Position numbers and translations under genes: made by a program. Positions 39,047-49,004 of a stretch of DNA of 64,000 bases are shown here, piece by piece (position 1 is the first letter of the stretch; each line of letters begins with the position of its first letter). Below the pieces are notes generated by a model that was given only the letters and a program-made list of their open reading frames with translations, made no database searches and was not told the origin of the DNA. This DNA comes from an uncultured delta proteobacterium (GTDB lineage: Bacteria > Desulfobacterota > RBG-13-43-22), in assembly GCA_963838485.1 (NCBI GenBank), contig CAWIRY010000091.1:128658-192657 (forward strand), read 5' to 3'.

Positions 39047-39264
39047 GAGGGAAATACGGTTCAAGGTTCAGGGTTCAAGGATTCCAGGATTCAAGGGTTC
39101 AAGGGTTTTAATTCCCAAGCCTTTCACTTAAATCCTCGACCCCTTGACTCCTGGAATCCTTTTCTTTTGACCTTGGTCCAGCTTTTATTTTCCGAGCCAC
39201 CAAGGCAAAATCACGGGTTCCGATCGATAAAGTTGGGAGACTTCCTGGTCAGTCGGCCGGTTTA

Positions 39265-39660
39265 TCATTTTGAGGATGGACCGCCATAGCGATTGTTTAG
39301 AAAAGAACTGATCTGATTTAGATTGGTTGGATTGTCAAAGGCCGCTGTTTTGTTACCAAGCTGGTTATCCAATTGCCTCTGAACAGCTTCGGACAGCACC
39401 CATCCGAGAGGAAAGCCCATTTTATTTTTGCATAGCCCGAAGTGCAGGAAGTTTTCCTGGCCCACATGCCACATCACGGTTTCGCAAGCATAGACGGCCC
39501 GGGCGTTGCGGGTGTTCAACATGGCCCTCACCGGAGAAAGGGCTTCGTTGAGAAAGGGCCCCGGGCTGGATGCCTTGTCCTTGTCTTTAGTGGCCAGACG
39601 GATAGTCTTATCTCGGGGATCGACCGGTTCATTGCTGATGTGGACGGTAACAGGGTTCAA
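39265..39660 (-). CDS. Hypothetical ORF whose start lies inside the int-element terminal sequence; possibly the 3' part of a gene disrupted by integration
   Basis: TTG start inside the shared core (ttgaaccctgttaccg); no recognisable domain. Confidence 0.3.
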   Translation of the reverse strand: MNPVTVHISNEPVDPRDKTIRLATKDKDKASSPGPFLNEALSPVRAMLNTRNARAVYACETVMWHVGQENFLHFGLCKNKMGFPLGWVLSEAVQRQLDNQLGNKTAAFDNPTNLNQISSFLNNRYGGPSSK

Positions 39661-39751
39661 ATTATGTTAGGGGCATCAAATAAAATCAAAAGGTTACAAA
39701 TCATAACCCCCATTTTATAACCTCGGACACAAATCTGGACACAAAATGTCC

Positions 39752-40903
39752 TCAGGGATGAGCCTCGGGGGCTTTTTTTATCCAACTTTTTGCCTTCTTC
39801 AACTCGATCACTTGAGCTGGCCCCTTAAGACCTTCCTCAAGTGCTCCCCTTGTTTCTTCCAATCCCAGACTGTGTATGTAGCGTGCCGTCGTATTGGGAC
39901 TAACATGACGCAGGATCGTTTGAATAACCGACAAAGGATATCCTTTTTGGTAAAGTATCGAAGCAGTCAAATGTCTGATTCCATGGAACCCAAAATGGTT
40001 AACATTTGCCTTTGTACACAGGCGTTCCATGAAACGATGCCTGGCCGTAAAGGGCTTTCCAAAATGCTCTTCACAAAAAAGGGCTTCTTCTAAACAGACA
40101 AAGACGTGCTCCTTGTCAATGGTCGACTGTTTCAATCTTTCTTGCCACCATTGAAGCAGGGCTTGTTTCAGATCCGATGTCATGGGCAACCAATCATACT
40201 CTCTATGACCACCTTTGCGTTTCTGGGTCCAAAGGCGGATTTTATTGTTTAGAAAATCAACATCCGACCATTTAATTCTAAACACCTCGGACTTCCTGGC
40301 TGCCAAATGAAGGAACGTCAACAGCATTACCTTGTCTTGACCTTCTGTCTGCTCATATACCTTCCAAAAGTCTTCTTCCGGAGGAACATATCTCGGTTGC
40401 CGCTCTTCTGGATACTTTTTGATGGACATGAAGGGATTAACATCCTTGGGCCAGCCCTCCATATTTTCAGAACCCCAGCGCCATGCCGCTCCAAGGGATT
40501 TTCTATCCGTATTAGCGGCGCAACCTGATCTCTCCCTCGACTGTTTCAAAAGAAAACTTCTACAAATGGTTATTGTCAGATCTTGAACCGGAAATTCAGG
40601 CTGAAGCCCCGTATCTTTAAAGAATCGTTCAAACGTTACCTTCTTTTGATGGAACGTATCTTTAACGAACCTATTTTCAGCCTCAGTTAAATATTCATTG
40701 GACCATTGAACCAATTTCAAAGATACCAAACTTATCTGGGATAGTGCCTTCTCCAGGTCTTTTTTTGTTTCTTTTTCCCAAATTAGGGCCTCCTTGTAAG
40801 AGCTTTTGCTCTCGTCTCGGAAAACCTTTTGCCGGGTCTGACCTTGGATGGTTACGCTGGCCCGATATCTCAATATTCCTCTTTTCTTTATTTTGCTCGG
40901 CAT
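39752..40903 (-). CDS. Tyrosine integrase, copy B (inverted paralog of 24945-26096)
   Basis: 383 aa, about 93% identical to copy A, with the same HGIRHLTASILYQ...RYIHSL catalytic region. Confidence 0.9.
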   Translation of the reverse strand: MPSKIKKRGILRYRASVTIQGQTRQKVFRDESKSSYKEALIWEKETKKDLEKALSQISLVSLKLVQWSNEYLTEAENRFVKDTFHQKKVTFERFFKDTGLQPEFPVQDLTITICRSFLLKQSRERSGCAANTDRKSLGAAWRWGSENMEGWPKDVNPFMSIKKYPEERQPRYVPPEEDFWKVYEQTEGQDKVMLLTFLHLAARKSEVFRIKWSDVDFLNNKIRLWTQKRKGGHREYDWLPMTSDLKQALLQWWQERLKQSTIDKEHVFVCLEEALFCEEHFGKPFTARHRFMERLCTKANVNHFGFHGIRHLTASILYQKGYPLSVIQTILRHVSPNTTARYIHSLGLEETRGALEEGLKGPAQVIELKKAKSWIKKAPEAHP

Positions 40904-41078
40904 TGAGGACCTCCATTATTCTGTTTTCAAAGAACCGATAGGTACCGGGTGTGACTTCCACACCACCCCAGTAAGAAGCATACTTGATAATGGTCCGGCG
41001 GTCAACACCCAGAAAATCAGCAAGTTCTTTAGGGGTCAGGCAGCGTCCGTATACATTTTTTAGAAATTCAGCTGGCAT
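40695..41078 (-). CDS. Excisionase/AlpA-like HTH protein, copy B
   Basis: It is identical to copy A from ELADFLGVDRRTIIKYASYWGG onward and has a different N-terminus (MPAEFLKNVYGRCLTPK). Confidence 0.55.
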   Translation of the reverse strand: MPAEFLKNVYGRCLTPKELADFLGVDRRTIIKYASYWGGVEVTPGTYRFFENRIMEVLNAEQNKEKRNIEISGQRNHPRSDPAKGFPRREQKLLQGGPNLGKRNKKRPGEGTIPDKFGIFEIGSMVQ

Positions 41079-41084
41079 ATTTAT

Positions 41085-41336
41085 TTACAAAACTAAAGTC
41101 CTAGGACCTCTTCGGCGCCCTCTTTTCTGTTTTTTGCCATCAGAAGGTTTTAGGGCTTTCTCGTGCTTGGCCGCTTGATCGATTGCCTCTATTATGATTG
41201 TTTCAGGACGACGACGGAAACCGGTAGCTTGTTTAATAGTGAGCCTTCCTTTTCCTTGTCCGTTGCCCATTATCTGCTTTGTACAGAGGAAACTTCTCAA
41301 TTGCTCATTCGCGGCATTTTGGATATAATTCATCAT
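41085..41336 (-). CDS. Hypothetical basic protein (83 aa)
   Basis: ORF only; the C-terminus is arginine-rich (KKQKRGRRRGPR). Confidence 0.3.
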   Translation of the reverse strand: MMNYIQNAANEQLRSFLCTKQIMGNGQGKGRLTIKQATGFRRRPETIIIEAIDQAAKHEKALKPSDGKKQKRGRRRGPRTLVL

Positions 41337-41477
41337 AACCTCCCATCTGTTTCGCTCTCACCTCGTTTCGAGGGGGCGCCTTTATTGATTTTAACTAAGT
41401 TATACTTTTCTTTTACAGTTCGTCGAGGGTTTAGTAGGTAACCCCATGTAATTATTGAGCCGTTCTTTGAAAATCTC

Positions 41478-43245
41478 AAAAACGTAGTGCCACGGATAAA
41501 TGGTATTTTGTTTGACAGAAGTGAACATAATGGTTATTAATGAAGTGTCCTATAAAGGAGACTTCTTATGTTTGCTCGTGTCAAAAAATCCGGGAACAAT
41601 CAATATCTCCAGATTGTCGAGAATCGCCGTGAAGGCCGGAAGATCCACCAACGGGTCCTGGTTACCTTGGGCCGCATGGATCAGCTTCAAGCCCGGGGTG
41701 AGATTGAGACCTTGATTAGATCGCTATCCCGTTTTTCGGAAAAAGCCCTTTTGATCCTCTCAGGCAAAGGGGATATCCAGGCCTCAGCGAAGAAGATTGG
41801 CCCCGGTCTTATCTTTGAACGGCTGTGGAAAGAACTCCAAATAGGGAAAGTGATTAAGTCCCATCTGGGTGAGAGGAAGTTTGAGTTTAGAGTGGAACGG
41901 GCCATCTTCCTCACCGTTGTCCACCGTTTAATGGTTTCCGGTTCTGATCGTTTCTGCGACAAGTGGCATCGGGATTATCGTTTAGAGGGAGTAGACCATC
42001 TTTCTTTGCATCACTTATACCGGGCCATGGCCTTTCTGGGGGAGGAGATGGCCGATCAGCAAGACCGGACCCCTTTTTCTCCCCGCTGTATTAAGGACTT
42101 GATGGAAGAAGATTTGTTTCAGGTCACTCGTACTCTTTTCACTGGCCTGGACTTATTCTTTCTGGATACTACTTCCCTCTATTTTGAAGGGGAAGGGGGG
42201 CAGACCCTGGGTGAAAAGGGACACAGTAAAGATCATCGTCCAGATCTGAATCAGATGGTGGTTGGCACCCTTATCGACGACACGGGAAGGCCGGTTTGCT
42301 GTGAGATCTGGCCTGGAAACACGGCGGATGTGAAGACCTTGGTCCCCGTAGCCGACCGTGTCCGCCATCGGTTTGGGGTCGGCTCTTTTTGCCTGGTAGC
42401 TGATCGGGGTATGATCAGTCAGGAGACGATGAAGGAACTGGAAGATAGAAAGCTCCCCTATATCCTGGGCGCTCGAATGCGTCTGGTCAAGGAAATCAGG
42501 GAAGAGGTCCTCTCCAGGGCGGGACGCTATCAGGAAGTCGTTCCCGAAGGGATCTCTTCCAAAGACCCGGCTCCGCTTAAAGTCAAAGAAGTTTTCCTGG
42601 AAGGCAAACGCTATATCGTCTGCCTTAATGCCAAACAGGCCCGCAAGGAGGCCTGGGATCGCCAGGTCATTTTAGAAGCCCTGGGAGAGAAGCTGAAAAA
42701 CAATCCCAAGGCCCTGATTGGCAATAAGGGATACCGGAAGTATCTCACTCTGGACCGGGATCTCCTGACCATCAATCAAAACAAAGTAGACGATGAGGCC
42801 CGTTTTGACGGCAAATGGGTCCTCCAGACCAACACCGACCTGCCAGCGGCCAGGGTGGCTCTGAAGTACAAGGAACTTTGGCAGGTCGAGCAAGTCTTTC
42901 GGGATATAAAGTCTGTGTTGGAAACCCGACCCATCTTTCATCAAAAAGACGAAACGATCCGGGGCCATGTGTTTTGCAGTTTCCTGGCTTTGGTCCTGAG
43001 GAAAGAATTGCAAAACCGTTTAGAGAAATCAGGATACTCTTTCGAGTGGTCCGATATCAAACAGGATTTAAAGGCCCTTCAGGAAGTCACCATTACCGAC
43101 CAGGGCAAGCAGTTCGCCATTCGCACAGAATGCCTTAGGACTTGCGGCAAGGTCTTCCAGGCTGTGGGGGTGGCTATCCCTCCCACTATCCGTGAATTAT
43201 AAGATTTTCAAAGAGCAAAATGTAGTGCCAAGAACATTTTGAGGA
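41478..43245 (+). mobile_element. IS1634-family (IS4-like) insertion sequence, about 1.77 kb
   Basis: Transposase gene 41568-43202. The termini contain related palindromic motifs (acgtagtgccacggataaatggtattttg at 41479-41507; caaaatgtagtgccaagaacattttg at 43215-43240). Confidence 0.6.
41568..43202 (+). CDS. IS1634/IS4-family DDE transposase
   Basis: 544 aa with DDE_Tnp_1-like motifs (FFLDTTSLYFEG; VADRGMISQ). Confidence 0.8.
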   Translation: MFARVKKSGNNQYLQIVENRREGRKIHQRVLVTLGRMDQLQARGEIETLIRSLSRFSEKALLILSGKGDIQASAKKIGPGLIFERLWKELQIGKVIKSHLGERKFEFRVERAIFLTVVHRLMVSGSDRFCDKWHRDYRLEGVDHLSLHHLYRAMAFLGEEMADQQDRTPFSPRCIKDLMEEDLFQVTRTLFTGLDLFFLDTTSLYFEGEGGQTLGEKGHSKDHRPDLNQMVVGTLIDDTGRPVCCEIWPGNTADVKTLVPVADRVRHRFGVGSFCLVADRGMISQETMKELEDRKLPYILGARMRLVKEIREEVLSRAGRYQEVVPEGISSKDPAPLKVKEVFLEGKRYIVCLNAKQARKEAWDRQVILEALGEKLKNNPKALIGNKGYRKYLTLDRDLLTINQNKVDDEARFDGKWVLQTNTDLPAARVALKYKELWQVEQVFRDIKSVLETRPIFHQKDETIRGHVFCSFLALVLRKELQNRLEKSGYSFEWSDIKQDLKALQEVTITDQGKQFAIRTECLRTCGKVFQAVGVAIPPTIREL

Positions 43246-43397
43246 CTTCTATGTCCCCGTTATTGCTAGGTTTGTTTTTTACAAGTGTTGAAGATCAGTT
43301 ATAAGATAGGACCCGCGGGTTTTTTTTGGAAGATGGATAAATATAGAATATTGTGGAATATTGTGTAGTTAAACAAAATTGATCCATATGGAAAAAT

Positions 43398-44786
43398 ATG
43401 GAAAAAGGAGGAATAGTGGCCGACAAAATCTCGGGGGAACGATTTAAGAAGGCTAGAAACTTGAAACATTATGTTCTTATAAGATTGGCTAAAAAATTTG
43501 AGCTTGATTTATCGACATTACAAAAATGGCAAAGAGATGGCATCCCGGATAGTAGGTTAAGCCTTGTAGCACATCACTTTGGTGTGGAAGAATGGGTTTT
43601 CACTGACAAAAACCTTTCAACTGATGATTTTATAAAAATCATCTTTGACCCTAAGTTAATGGATAAATTCAGACCGGTAAAAGAGAAACCTTCCCCATTA
43701 CCAGAAATCACAGGTTCTTTACCTGAACCAAATATAGTTTCAGTCCAATCGCAAAAGGAAAAAGAACCCGGTCCTAATGACAAGATTCCCAATCAAGATT
43801 TTAAAAATATTATTGGTGAATCGGTGCTTGACTTTAAAAACCCCGAGGAAATGTTTTTACTTGGAGAAAAATATTATTTAGGGAACGAATTAAAAAAGGA
43901 TCATACAAAGGCCTTTGAATTATTTTCGGAATCCGCTAAACAAGGCTATGCCAAGGCCTACATGAGACTAGCTGAAATGTATGAGGATAAAAAGTATGAG
44001 ACTAATGATGTTGATAATTATGATATAAATATGACTAAAGCCATTGAATCATACTCAAAAGCCTCAGAACTGGGCGATCATGAAGCTGAAGTTATATTAG
44101 GAAATTTATATTCTTTGGGAGAGGACGTTACAAAAGACCAACAGAAAGCATTCGAATGGTTCTCAAAAGCAGCGGAAGGTGAAAATCCGGAAGGACTAAA
44201 TAGTTTGGCACTTGATTACCTTAGTGGAGATTATGTCAAACAGGACTATACAAAAGCTATCGAATTACTTTCTAAAGCTGCAGAACAAAATCATGTCGAT
44301 TCTTTAATTGACCTTGGAAATATTTATTATCATGGTACGGGTGTTGCTCAAAATATATCTGAAGCCCTCAAATATTACTTAAAAGCAGAGGAATTAGGCG
44401 AAAAATCTGTTCAAGCCCGATTAGGATTGATTTATAGAAATGACCACGAGGGCGAGAAGGCATTTAAATGGTTTTCAAAAGCTGCAGAAAGAGGAGATCC
44501 AGAAGGACTAGAAGAATTGGGGTTACTATATTATGACGGAATATTTGTTAAAAAAGACCTAGATAGGGCAAGAATGTATTTTGAGAAAGCATCTGATAGA
44601 GGATCTATTTTTGCAACTTGTCAACTGGCATCAAACTATTTATGTGGTGGATTTGGCCATATAAATTTTTATATGGCGGAAAAATTTATAGATAAATGGT
44701 TGTCTTTCATAGGAGGTTCCAAGAAATTTATTTGTAAAGAATTTGTAACTACCCAGGTACTTTTCTTAAAACAACTTAATTTTTAA
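43398..44786 (+). CDS. Sel1-like repeat (SLR) protein with an N-terminal HTH-like segment
   Basis: At least six Sel1 repeats (e.g. KAFEWFSKAAEGENPEGLNSLALDYLSG; KAFKWFSKAAERGDPEGLEELGLLYYDG) in an AT-rich gene. Confidence 0.75.
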   Translation: MEKGGIVADKISGERFKKARNLKHYVLIRLAKKFELDLSTLQKWQRDGIPDSRLSLVAHHFGVEEWVFTDKNLSTDDFIKIIFDPKLMDKFRPVKEKPSPLPEITGSLPEPNIVSVQSQKEKEPGPNDKIPNQDFKNIIGESVLDFKNPEEMFLLGEKYYLGNELKKDHTKAFELFSESAKQGYAKAYMRLAEMYEDKKYETNDVDNYDINMTKAIESYSKASELGDHEAEVILGNLYSLGEDVTKDQQKAFEWFSKAAEGENPEGLNSLALDYLSGDYVKQDYTKAIELLSKAAEQNHVDSLIDLGNIYYHGTGVAQNISEALKYYLKAEELGEKSVQARLGLIYRNDHEGEKAFKWFSKAAERGDPEGLEELGLLYYDGIFVKKDLDRARMYFEKASDRGSIFATCQLASNYLCGGFGHINFYMAEKFIDKWLSFIGGSKKFICKEFVTTQVLFLKQLNF

Positions 44787-44823
44787 CTGGACTCGCGTAC
44801 CCTGTTTATAGTATAACGGGTCC

Positions 44824-45720
44824 ATGTCAAACACATTTGTCTGTCAAGGGCGTCATGTTAATGATGACGACCTCATCTGGTTGCGTTCATGGATAGTAAC
44901 TCATTCTGACTGGAGCCGCTTTCGCCTTGCGAAAGAACTCTGCAAACTTTGGAACTGGTCGACCCCCACCGGACAATTGAAGGATTTCGCCGCCCGAACC
45001 TTTCTACGCAAGCTTTTTGAGCGCGGTTTGATTACGCTGCCACCCATTCGCACTGACCAGCAACGCAAAAATGGATTTGCAGCGCCAGCAACAATCATAG
45101 CCGCGCCCCTTCCTCTTGCCTCGACCATTGAGACGTCATTGGCAACCTTGGTCCCGCTGTCCTTCATCGTACCCCGAGGCGGTTCAGATGAAGAACAACG
45201 GTTTCATCATTACCTCGCACGTCATCACTATCTGGGCTTCCACCGCACGGTGGGAGAGAACATGAAGTACCTGGTGCGCGACCGCCAGGGACGCGATCTG
45301 GCCTGCGTCCTTTTCGGTTCTGCCGCCTGGAAAACCAAGCCTCGGGATCAATTCATTGGCTGGAGCCATGAGACCCGTGCCCGGAACCTTTTGTGGATGA
45401 CGAACAATACCCGATTCCTTATCCTCCCTTGGGTGCGCGTCCCGCATCTGGCCTCCCATGTGCTGGGCCGGATTATCCGGAGAATCAGGACCGACTGGCA
45501 AACCAAATACGGCCATCCGGTGCACCTGGTCGAAACGTTCGTCGAGCGGGATCGGTTCGTCGGGACCTGTTACAAAGCGGCTAACTGGATGCGCGTCGGC
45601 AGCACTAAGGGTCGCAGCCGTCAGGACCGATATACCGCTCTCGCCTTGCCGATCAAAGACATTTACCTCTACCCGCTCATCCCTCATTTTCGAGAGGCCC
45701 TCTGTCATGAAAACGGCTGA
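44824..45720 (+). CDS. Conserved hypothetical protein (DUF4338-like, assigned from memory) whose stop overlaps the IS66 transposase start
   Basis: 298-aa ORF; GC-rich, unlike the flanking AT-rich DNA. Confidence 0.5.
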   Translation: MSNTFVCQGRHVNDDDLIWLRSWIVTHSDWSRFRLAKELCKLWNWSTPTGQLKDFAARTFLRKLFERGLITLPPIRTDQQRKNGFAAPATIIAAPLPLASTIETSLATLVPLSFIVPRGGSDEEQRFHHYLARHHYLGFHRTVGENMKYLVRDRQGRDLACVLFGSAAWKTKPRDQFIGWSHETRARNLLWMTNNTRFLILPWVRVPHLASHVLGRIIRRIRTDWQTKYGHPVHLVETFVERDRFVGTCYKAANWMRVGSTKGRSRQDRYTALALPIKDIYLYPLIPHFREALCHENG

Positions 45721-47098
45721 CGAACTTCTCGCCTTGGGCCAGCGCAATCTTCCCGAGTTGGTCGACTATTGCCTTATCCTCCAGGAGCAACTGGCCCAAA
45801 ACAGCCAAAATAGCAGCAAGCCGCCATCTTCAGACGGTTATCAAAAACCAGCGCCAAAATCGGAGCGCAAAAAGTCCGGGAAGAAGTCCGGCGGCCAGCC
45901 GGGACATAAGGGGTACACCCTCAAACCGGTAGAAAAACCGGATCATACCATTGTTCATAAGTTAACCCTCTGTCCCTGTGGATGCGGCACGGATTTAAGT
46001 TGCTGTCCAGTCATCCGCCATGAGAGAAGGCAAGTCTTCGACCTGCCACCACAAAAACTCGACGTTACTGAGCACGTTGTCGAGGTCAAAGTATGCCCAA
46101 GCTCGGGAAAAGAGGTCCATCCTCCATGGCCGGAAGGCGTGAACGCCCCCGTGCAATATGGGGTGCATTTCCTGGCCTGGCTCGCCTATCTCTCCGTCCA
46201 GCAGCTCCTGCCGGTGGAGCGCATCGGCCAAATGGGCGCGGATCTCTTCGGGCACGGCGTGAGCGACGCCACCGTCCAAGCCGCTGTTCAGGCCACTGAA
46301 CAGTCCCTCGCCCCCTTCAAAAACGCCGTCGCCCGGCACATCCGGCAATCCTCTGTCGCCCACGCCGATGAATCCGGTGTTCGGGTAAACCATAAACTCC
46401 ATTGGCTCCATGTCATCTGCACGAACCTGGTCACCTGGTATGGCCTCCATGCCAAAAGAGGGAGGAAAGCTATTGCTTCCTTCGGCATCCTGCTCGCCTA
46501 TCAGGGCATTCTTATTCACGATTGCTGGGCTTCTTATCTCGAACTCGGCTGCAAACACGGCCTGTGCAACGGCCATATCCTTCGGGAACTGACCTTCGTT
46601 TATGAGGTGCTTCATCAATCCTGGGCCGGTGCGCTTCACCAACTGCTTCTCAACATGAAGGAGGCCGTAGTCGAGCATAAAGACCGGAATACAGTACCGA
46701 GTCCAGCAGAGCTTTCACTCTGGCGCCGCCGTTACCGTACGCTCATCCGCAAAGGACGAGCGGCCAACCCACCATCCGCTGATCCTCCCGATCATGGGAA
46801 GCGCGGACGAAAAAAGAAGTCAAAGCCTCAAAACCTCCTGGGTCGCCTGGAAAACCATGAATCCTGGATAATGGCTTTTCTCTACGACTTCAACATTCCC
46901 TTTACCAATAACCTCGCCGAACAGGATATCCGCATGATCAAGGTAAAACAGAAAATCTCCGGTTCTTTTAGAACAATCAGGGGCGCGGAGTGTTTCCTTG
47001 CCATCCGTAGCTATATTTCCTCTGCCCGCAAAAACAGACTTCAGATCTTCCCCGCAATCGTGTCTGCTCTCAGCGGTAATCCCTTTACCCCTTTGTGA
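45707..47098 (+). CDS. IS66-family transposase (TnpC-like: leucine-zipper N-terminus, zf-IS66, DDE_Tnp_IS66)
   Basis: LCPCGCGTDL zinc finger and HADESGVRVN...HDCWASY DDE region. The start is placed at MKTADELL (45707) rather than at the ORF-track Met. Confidence 0.85.
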   Translation: MKTADELLALGQRNLPELVDYCLILQEQLAQNSQNSSKPPSSDGYQKPAPKSERKKSGKKSGGQPGHKGYTLKPVEKPDHTIVHKLTLCPCGCGTDLSCCPVIRHERRQVFDLPPQKLDVTEHVVEVKVCPSSGKEVHPPWPEGVNAPVQYGVHFLAWLAYLSVQQLLPVERIGQMGADLFGHGVSDATVQAAVQATEQSLAPFKNAVARHIRQSSVAHADESGVRVNHKLHWLHVICTNLVTWYGLHAKRGRKAIASFGILLAYQGILIHDCWASYLELGCKHGLCNGHILRELTFVYEVLHQSWAGALHQLLLNMKEAVVEHKDRNTVPSPAELSLWRRRYRTLIRKGRAANPPSADPPDHGKRGRKKKSKPQNLLGRLENHESWIMAFLYDFNIPFTNNLAEQDIRMIKVKQKISGSFRTIRGAECFLAIRSYISSARKNRLQIFPAIVSALSGNPFTPL

Positions 47099-47325
47099 CT
47101 CCTAATTGACCTGAGTAGTTACAAGGATTATTAGAATAAGAATGAAAAAATCTACTACTTGGTTACGTTCTTCCGTTTCGTTATATTTTTTATAACTATT
47201 TCGAGGATAATTAATCATAATTTTATTCCCCAATTAAAAAAGGTTTATAAAATTTCAAATCTCCCCAGCTTCAAATTGCAGCCCCTTATTAATGTGCACC
47301 CTCCCGAACTTAGTTTGCCTATTCC

Positions 47326-47416
47326 ACGCCATCCGGCCACTCAATCCACGAGCATCCGGCCACCTAATCCATGATTGTCCGGCCGGCCAGTCCACGGTCA
47401 TCCGGCCAGTAAGCGG
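47326..47416. repeat. Tandem 22-24-bp repeats (catccggccac.taatcca.ga, about 3.7 copies) immediately downstream of istB; these are IS21-type terminal multiple repeats
   Basis: ccatccggccactcaatccacga / gcatccggccacctaatccatgat / tgtccggccggccagtccacggt / catccggccagtaagcgg. Confidence 0.65.
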
Positions 47417-47461
47417 AGCGAAGCGACGCGGGTAAATTCATGGTTACTCCAAAGCCGTACC

Positions 47462-48148
47462 TCAAGTCAACGAAGATTTTAGTTTTCGCATCGAGTCTCC
47501 TTTCAGAGGTATTTTATGGGCGTTGTGGATCAGGCGATCCAGGATGGCATCGGCCAGGGTAGGATCCCCGATCTGGGCGTGCCATTTATCCACCAGGAGT
47601 TGGGCAGCCACGAGAGTGGAGCGGAGGCCGTGACGATCTTCGAGAAGTTCCAGAAGGTCCCGGCGCTGATCGTCGGCCAGGGGGGCCAGGCCCCAGTCAT
47701 CCAAGACGATCAGCTCGGTTTTCGCCAAGGCGGCCAAGAGCTTGGGATAACGCCCATCCCCTTTGGCGATCTGAAGGTCCTGGAAGAGACGGGGGAGACG
47801 GAGATAGCGAACCGTGTAGCCCTCTCGACAGGCTTTGTGGGCCAGCGCACAAGCCATGAAGGTTTTACCGCATCCGGTAGGGCCGGTAATGAGGATATTG
47901 TGGTGCTGAGCGATCCAGTGGCAGGAACCCAACTGGGCGATCAGGGATTTATCCAGGCCGCGGGGATGGCGGAAGTCGACATCCTCCAGGGCCGCTTGTT
48001 GGCGCAACCGGGCCTGATGGAGACGGGTTTTCAGACGGCGATTTTCCCGGTCGGTTATTTCCCGATCGACGAGCAGACCCAGGCGTTCCTCTGTAATGGG
48101 GGGGGTCTGGCCATGGTAACTAGTTGATATGACATGTAATGATGTCAA
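47462..48148 (-). CDS. istB: IS21-family helper ATPase IstB (orphan; no istA upstream)
   Basis: Walker A GPTGCGKT, Walker B LIVLDDWG and an IstB C-terminal region. Confidence 0.85.
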   Translation of the reverse strand: MTSLHVISTSYHGQTPPITEERLGLLVDREITDRENRRLKTRLHQARLRQQAALEDVDFRHPRGLDKSLIAQLGSCHWIAQHHNILITGPTGCGKTFMACALAHKACREGYTVRYLRLPRLFQDLQIAKGDGRYPKLLAALAKTELIVLDDWGLAPLADDQRRDLLELLEDRHGLRSTLVAAQLLVDKWHAQIGDPTLADAILDRLIHNAHKIPLKGDSMRKLKSSLT

Positions 48149-48233
48149 GTTTCTCCTTTAATATAGGCCTATATCGAGTTTTTTGGGGGCAAAAAAGAAA
48201 GTTATTCAAAATAAAATAGCAAGGGCAAACTGA

Positions 48234-48496
48234 ATTTAGCGCCGGCAGAGATATCATCGATGAAATCGGTACTTTCTCTAATCTTGGTTGTGGCAACCTT
48301 TTTCTATTTTCCGCCCTTTGCCCAATCCAATACGCCGAGCCCCCGTATTGTCAGGCTGGGGGATTCCATAACCGCCTGGGGGAACTGGCCGTCCTTATTG
48401 AACCGACAGGATGTTGGGAATCAGGGCGTGGCCGGAGACCGGACCGGTGATGTCCTGGCCAGAATGGAGAAGGTGGTCCGGGTCCAAAGCTTCTAA
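48234..48496 (+). repeat. Duplicated copy of the GDSL-hydrolase gene 5' region (signal peptide plus first 78 codons); partner at 49696-49950
   Basis: About 255 nt near-identical to 49696-49950 (gcgccggcagagatatca.cgatgaaa...gtcctggccagaatggagaaggtggtcc); it diverges afterwards. Confidence 0.75.
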
Positions 48497-48752
48497 GCAG
48501 TGCGCCCATGCTGAGAGCTAATCGATATTCTATTTGAACTAATTGAAGTGGTTAGAATCCGCCCCCACCAAGGGTACTATCTCAACTTGACGATGAATTA
48601 TTTTTATAATAAAATTAGAGTTAATGGGTTAAGGATTTGAAGATTGAAGTATAATCCTAAAACCACAAGAATTTTTAGATTAAGCTAAACACAAGGCATT
48701 GACCATAAAGTCTCATTTGCCATAGCAATAATGATTCACCCGTCACCGGTTT

Positions 48753-49004
48753 TTGAAAGGGGGAGAAATGGAGAAGAAAGTAATTGTTTCAGATCCTGCG
48801 GTAATGATGGGCAAACCGGTAATAACCGGGACAAGGATAACCGTTGAGTTCATTTTAGAAAAAATGGCTTCTGGGGAAACGATGGAACAGATTCTCGAAG
48901 CCCATCCGCGATTGACACTTGAAGGAATTCAGGCTGCTCTGGCTTATGCGGCCGAGGTCTTAAAGTGTGACGTAGTTTATCCGACTACCGAGGTCGCCGC
49001 GTGA
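48753..49004 (+). CDS. DUF433-family antitoxin-like protein
   Basis: MGKPVITGTRITVEFIL core typical of DUF433. Confidence 0.6.
   Translation: MKGGEMEKKVIVSDPAVMMGKPVITGTRITVEFILEKMASGETMEQILEAHPRLTLEGIQAALAYAAEVLKCDVVYPTTEVAA

Noticed and set aside
45184-46678. Minus-strand ORFs of 187 aa and 227 aa inside the DUF4338 and IS66 genes
   Set aside because: Antisense to well-supported transposase domains.
47516-48127. 203-aa plus-strand ORF antisense to istB
   Set aside because: Shadow ORF.
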